64,000 bases of DNA from a bacterium (lineage in GTDB: Bacteria > Hinthialibacterota > Hinthialibacteria > Hinthialibacterales > Hinthialibacteraceae): contig JBHGBC010000023.1 in the NCBI GenBank assembly GCA_041946805.1, forward strand, positions 1 through 64,000, in the 5' to 3' direction. Shown one piece after another: positions 60,962-64,000 of this stretch. Each line of letters opens with the position of its first letter. Position 1 is the stretch's first letter. The notes under the pieces were generated by a model. It was given only the letters and a program-made list of their open reading frames with translations. It ran no database searches and was not told where the DNA came from. Position numbers and translations under genes: made by a program.

Positions 60962-61106
60962 CCACAACCGGGCGGGAGGGAAAATGTATTCCTTGGGATT
61001 CACAAGGGAGATTGAATGTTTATTCGATACTTGGATACCCGATGACGTAAAAGATGCCCTTCGCCCCGGGATGAAGGCGGGCGTCAGGGTCCGTCCTACA
61101 AAAATT

Positions 61107-61139
61107 CCCTCACCCTATCCCTCTCCCAGAGGGAGAGGG
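61107..61139 (+). repeat. REP-like family A copy
   Basis: ccctcaccctatccctctcccagagggagaggg. Confidence 0.88.
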
Positions 61140-61323
61140 AATTCATTCCGTTTCCCGCAATCATCACCGGATTTACCTTCTGGATTATGCCCGTATTGTG
61201 CCGATGGCGCCCCAAAAACGACTTAAAGGTAATGACGAAAAGATCGTACGAAATCCCGGCCGCACGTCAGAGAGGGATGCAGCGCCAACGAACGCAGTCT
61301 GGATGAGATGCCTTTTGAGTCCC

Positions 61324-61352
61324 TTGACCGTAGCCGGACCTGAAGCTATGCT
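61324..61352 (+). promoter_or_regulatory. Candidate sigma70 promoter of rplM-rpsI
   Basis: TTGACC-17 nt-TATGCT. Confidence 0.55.
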
Positions 61353-61399
61353 TATTAGCTCTGTCTGGAGAGTATCTTGTGTAATATACAGGAAAGCTT

Positions 61400-61837
61400 A
61401 TGAAAACGCACATTGCCACACCGGAAGACATCAAAGGCACGCATCAGTTTTACGTGATCGACGCCGAAGGGGTGATCCTGGGGCGGTTGGCCACCAAGGT
61501 GGCGACCTTGTTGATGGGCAAACACAAGCCGATCTACACGCCGTTCCTGGATACCGGCGATCACGTGATCGTGGTCAACGCGGACAAAATCCGCTTGACC
61601 GGCGGCAAGTTGGACAAGAAGAAAGTGATCCACCATACCATGCATCCGGGGGGATTGCGGCAAAAAACCTTCCGGAAAGCCCTGGCGGATCACCCCCAGA
61701 AAGTTCTGCAAGATGCGATCTGGGGCATGTTGCCCAAAAATCATCTGGGACGCAAAATGCTGAAAAAATTGCGGGTGTACAGCGGTCCGGAACATCCCCA
61801 CGCCGCCCATAAACCCATTCCGCTCACGATTGAATAA
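61400..61837 (+). CDS. rplM: 50S ribosomal protein L13
   Basis: [33 protein letters not shown]. Confidence 0.98.
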   Translation: MKTHIATPEDIKGTHQFYVIDAEGVILGRLATKVATLLMGKHKPIYTPFLDTGDHVIVVNADKIRLTGGKLDKKKVIHHTMHPGGLRQKTFRKALADHPQKVLQDAIWGMLPKNHLGRKMLKKLRVYSGPEHPHAAHKPIPLTIE

Positions 61838-61857
61838 AGGAGGACCGTACCCCGGCC

Positions 61858-62253
61858 ATGGTTGAATCGTACATTTCTTACGGAACAGGCAGACGCAAGT
61901 GCTCGGTCGCGCGGGTGTATTTGAAAAACGGGACGGGCCAGATCATCATCAACGGACGCCCCTCGGAGCAATACCTGATGCGGAAAACCCTGCAGATGAT
62001 CGTCATGCAGGCGTTTGATGTCACCGACACCAAGGGCAAGTTCGATATTTACGCCAATATATGCGGAGGCGGATTGAGCGGCCAGGCGGGCGCGTTGCGC
62101 CACGGCATCAGCCGCGCCCTCCTGAGTTTGGATTCCAAGTACCGCATGGCCTTGAAAAAAGCCGGATTTCTGACCCGCGATCCACGGATGGTCGAGCGGA
62201 AAAAATACGGCCGTCCCGGCGCGCGCAAGCGTTTCCAGTTCTCCAAGCGTTAA
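61858..62253 (+). CDS. rpsI: 30S ribosomal protein S9
   Basis: [32 protein letters not shown]. Confidence 0.98.
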   Translation: MVESYISYGTGRRKCSVARVYLKNGTGQIIINGRPSEQYLMRKTLQMIVMQAFDVTDTKGKFDIYANICGGGLSGQAGALRHGISRALLSLDSKYRMALKKAGFLTRDPRMVERKKYGRPGARKRFQFSKR

Positions 62254-62293
62254 CCGGAGCGTGGTCTCGAGAAAGTTCAGTGTACTTTTCCCC

Positions 62294-62316
62294 AGGCGGC
62301 CGCGGCCGCCTTTTTC
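62294..62316 (+). terminator. Intrinsic terminator after rpsI
   Basis: aggcggcc gc ggccgcct followed by a T-run. Confidence 0.65.
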
Positions 62317-62642
62317 TCTTTCACTCCTTTTCTTGAAATATTCATGTATCTCCCCAACCCCGCCATACACTAAAATCATCTTGCCTGATACACTCCTACT
62401 GGCCTGAAAACGGCGGGCGCGGGTGTGGATTGGGCCGTTTGCGGAATCACAAATCCAGCCGGAGTGGACGCCGCCGGATCCGCGGGAAACGGGGAACGGG
62501 GGCCGGGTGTGCCTGTCCGTCCCGAGGGGGTGACTTTTATTCGGATTCCGGGGAATAGATCCCGTTTTCTTGGCGGCGATAATCGAGGATAATGATTTCA
62601 AAACCAATGGTTTGTTTAGCGCCCGCATTCTGGAGCCGTGAG

Positions 62643-63239
62643 ATGATTGAAACCCAGTATGAGAAGTACGCGTTCACGTTGATCGAACTGCTGATCGTGG
62701 TCGCCATCATTGGCATTCTGGCGGCCATCGCCGTACCCAATTTCCTTAACGCCCAGATGCGGGCCAAGATCGCCAAGGCCGAATCCGACATGCGCAACCT
62801 CGACACCGCCCTGGCCAGTTACCGGTTGGACAACAATCTCTATCCCCAATGGGCCACTCCGCAGGGAACCAACAAAAATCCCGTCAACCGGCGCTTGATC
62901 CCGCTCACCACGCCGGTCGCCTACATGTCTTCCGTTCCCCAGGATCCCTTCATCTACGGCCCTCCGGGCACGCGGATCGACAACGTCCAGGACCCCGCCT
63001 ATGTCACCTATGATTACGTGGACGCGTGGACCACGGTGCACTACCAGGGCGCCACAACCCTGGGCAACTCGTTCCGTTGCGCGGAATGGCGGATCGCCAG
63101 CGCCGGCCCGGACGGCACCATGACCTACGGCTCGGTCTATTCGTTCAGCGCCAGCAACGGCCTGCACAGCTGGGGGGACCTGGTCCGGACCGGCCCCCGG
63201 GCCTCGTATCCGTGCGACGATTCCCTGATCGGCAAATAA
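62643..63239 (+). CDS. Prepilin-type (GspG/type IV pilin-like) protein #3
   Basis: EKYA|FTLIELLIVVAIIGILAAIAVPNFLNAQ; LTTP, DPF, SAGPD, SNGL..GD. Confidence 0.9.
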   Translation: MIETQYEKYAFTLIELLIVVAIIGILAAIAVPNFLNAQMRAKIAKAESDMRNLDTALASYRLDNNLYPQWATPQGTNKNPVNRRLIPLTTPVAYMSSVPQDPFIYGPPGTRIDNVQDPAYVTYDYVDAWTTVHYQGATTLGNSFRCAEWRIASAGPDGTMTYGSVYSFSASNGLHSWGDLVRTGPRASYPCDDSLIGK

Positions 63240-63358
63240 GGGATTTGCCCGGCTGGTAGACAAAACAGGATTTCATCTTGTAATATCTTGCCTGTCATGG
63301 ACCGGCAGATGAGGAGAATCAACACTTCCATTCTTATCATCTGGGATTGGAGCCACGA

Positions 63359-63898
63359 ATGAACAAGTCACGCGCTTTCACATTGATCGAACTCTTGATT
63401 GTTGTGGCTATCATTGGAATTTTGGCGGCGATCGCCGTGCCCAATTTTCTCAACGCCCAAACCCGGGCCAAGATCGCCCGCGTCTACGCGGATATCAAAG
63501 CCCAGGGGACCGCGCTGGAACAATACCGGTTGGACAATAACAATTATCCCCCCAGCAACGTGAACGCGCCCCGCCTGCGCTTGCTGACGACTCCCATGGC
63601 CTATATCGCCACCCTGCCGAAGGACATCTTCAGCAATACCTTGGATCCCGCCCAGATGTCGTCTTTTGGCTATTTCCACTACGTCGAGAAAAAGTCGGAA
63701 GACGCCTGGTTCCGCTCCGACTGGCATTCCTGGCACAGCGATTTGCAGACTTCCGCCAACGCCAATCTAAACGTTCCCGGCGGCCTGGCATGGCATATCC
63801 GCTCCGTGGGACCGGACAAGGAACTGGATTACGGATACCCCTACGATATGTCCAACGGGTTGATCAGCAACGGGGATATCGATGTGTGGGGTCCTTGA
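63359..63898 (+). CDS. Prepilin-type (GspG/type IV pilin-like) protein #4
   Basis: MNKSRA|FTLIELLIVVAIIGILAAIAVPNFLNAQ; LTTP, SVGPD, SNGL..GD. Confidence 0.9.
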   Translation: MNKSRAFTLIELLIVVAIIGILAAIAVPNFLNAQTRAKIARVYADIKAQGTALEQYRLDNNNYPPSNVNAPRLRLLTTPMAYIATLPKDIFSNTLDPAQMSSFGYFHYVEKKSEDAWFRSDWHSWHSDLQTSANANLNVPGGLAWHIRSVGPDKELDYGYPYDMSNGLISNGDIDVWGP

Positions 63899-63956
63899 GA
63901 CGGACGCCCAACCGGTTCGTTTTCATCGAATCAGTCTTTGGCATACCCAATCGGTT

Positions 63957-63987
63957 AAACGGCCGGCTTTCCCGAGCGGCCGTTTTC
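63957..63987 (+). terminator. Hairpin terminator after pilin #4
   Basis: aaacggccg...cggccgttt followed by T. Confidence 0.6.
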
Positions 63988-64000
63988 GTTATCCCACCCC

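Noticed and set aside
22..61139. Repeats as a CRISPR array
   Set aside because: The copies are dispersed and in both orientations, not regularly spaced with unique spacers; there are no cas genes.
171..63736. Many long alternative-frame and antisense ORFs (e.g. 171-1301, 3856-5163, 19392-20774, 25509-27608, 41188-43074, 54440-55795)
   Set aside because: Shadows of well-supported genes in high-GC DNA, with no recognisable motifs.
5530..63898. Pilin variation by a diversity-generating retroelement or silent cassettes
   Set aside because: There is no reverse transcriptase or template/variable repeat pair; all four genes are full-length with their own starts and diverged synonymous sites.

Overview
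A GC-rich bacterial chromosome segment. It contains no phage, integrase, transposase or CRISPR array that I can support. Housekeeping genes: uxaC-type uronate isomerase, ypdA, csaA, typA, ABC-F, gcvT-gcvH-gcvPA, miaB, rplM-rpsI and tRNA-Ser(GGA). Accessory content: (i) four dispersed GspG/type IV pilin-like genes with an identical 28-aa N-terminus and hypervariable cores; (ii) two exported carbohydrate-binding proteins, each next to a pilin-like gene, that share a C-terminal AVxxWx[IL]F motif, suggesting a sorting or display system; (iii) an Rrf2-NnrS-like-DUF6448-hemerythrin-qNor nitric-oxide cluster; (iv) a glycan cluster rich in methyltransferases plus a radical SAM enzyme; (v) an Hpt/receiver/multi-PAS kinase relay; (vi) several families of REP-like palindromes, some nested, in intergenic DNA. 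The pilin type and C-terminal motif recall candidate phyla such as Hinthialibacterota (OLB16) or Sumerlaeota; this is an inference from memory and was not searched. All family assignments are by motif recognition only, and start codons were chosen by RBS or domain fit.
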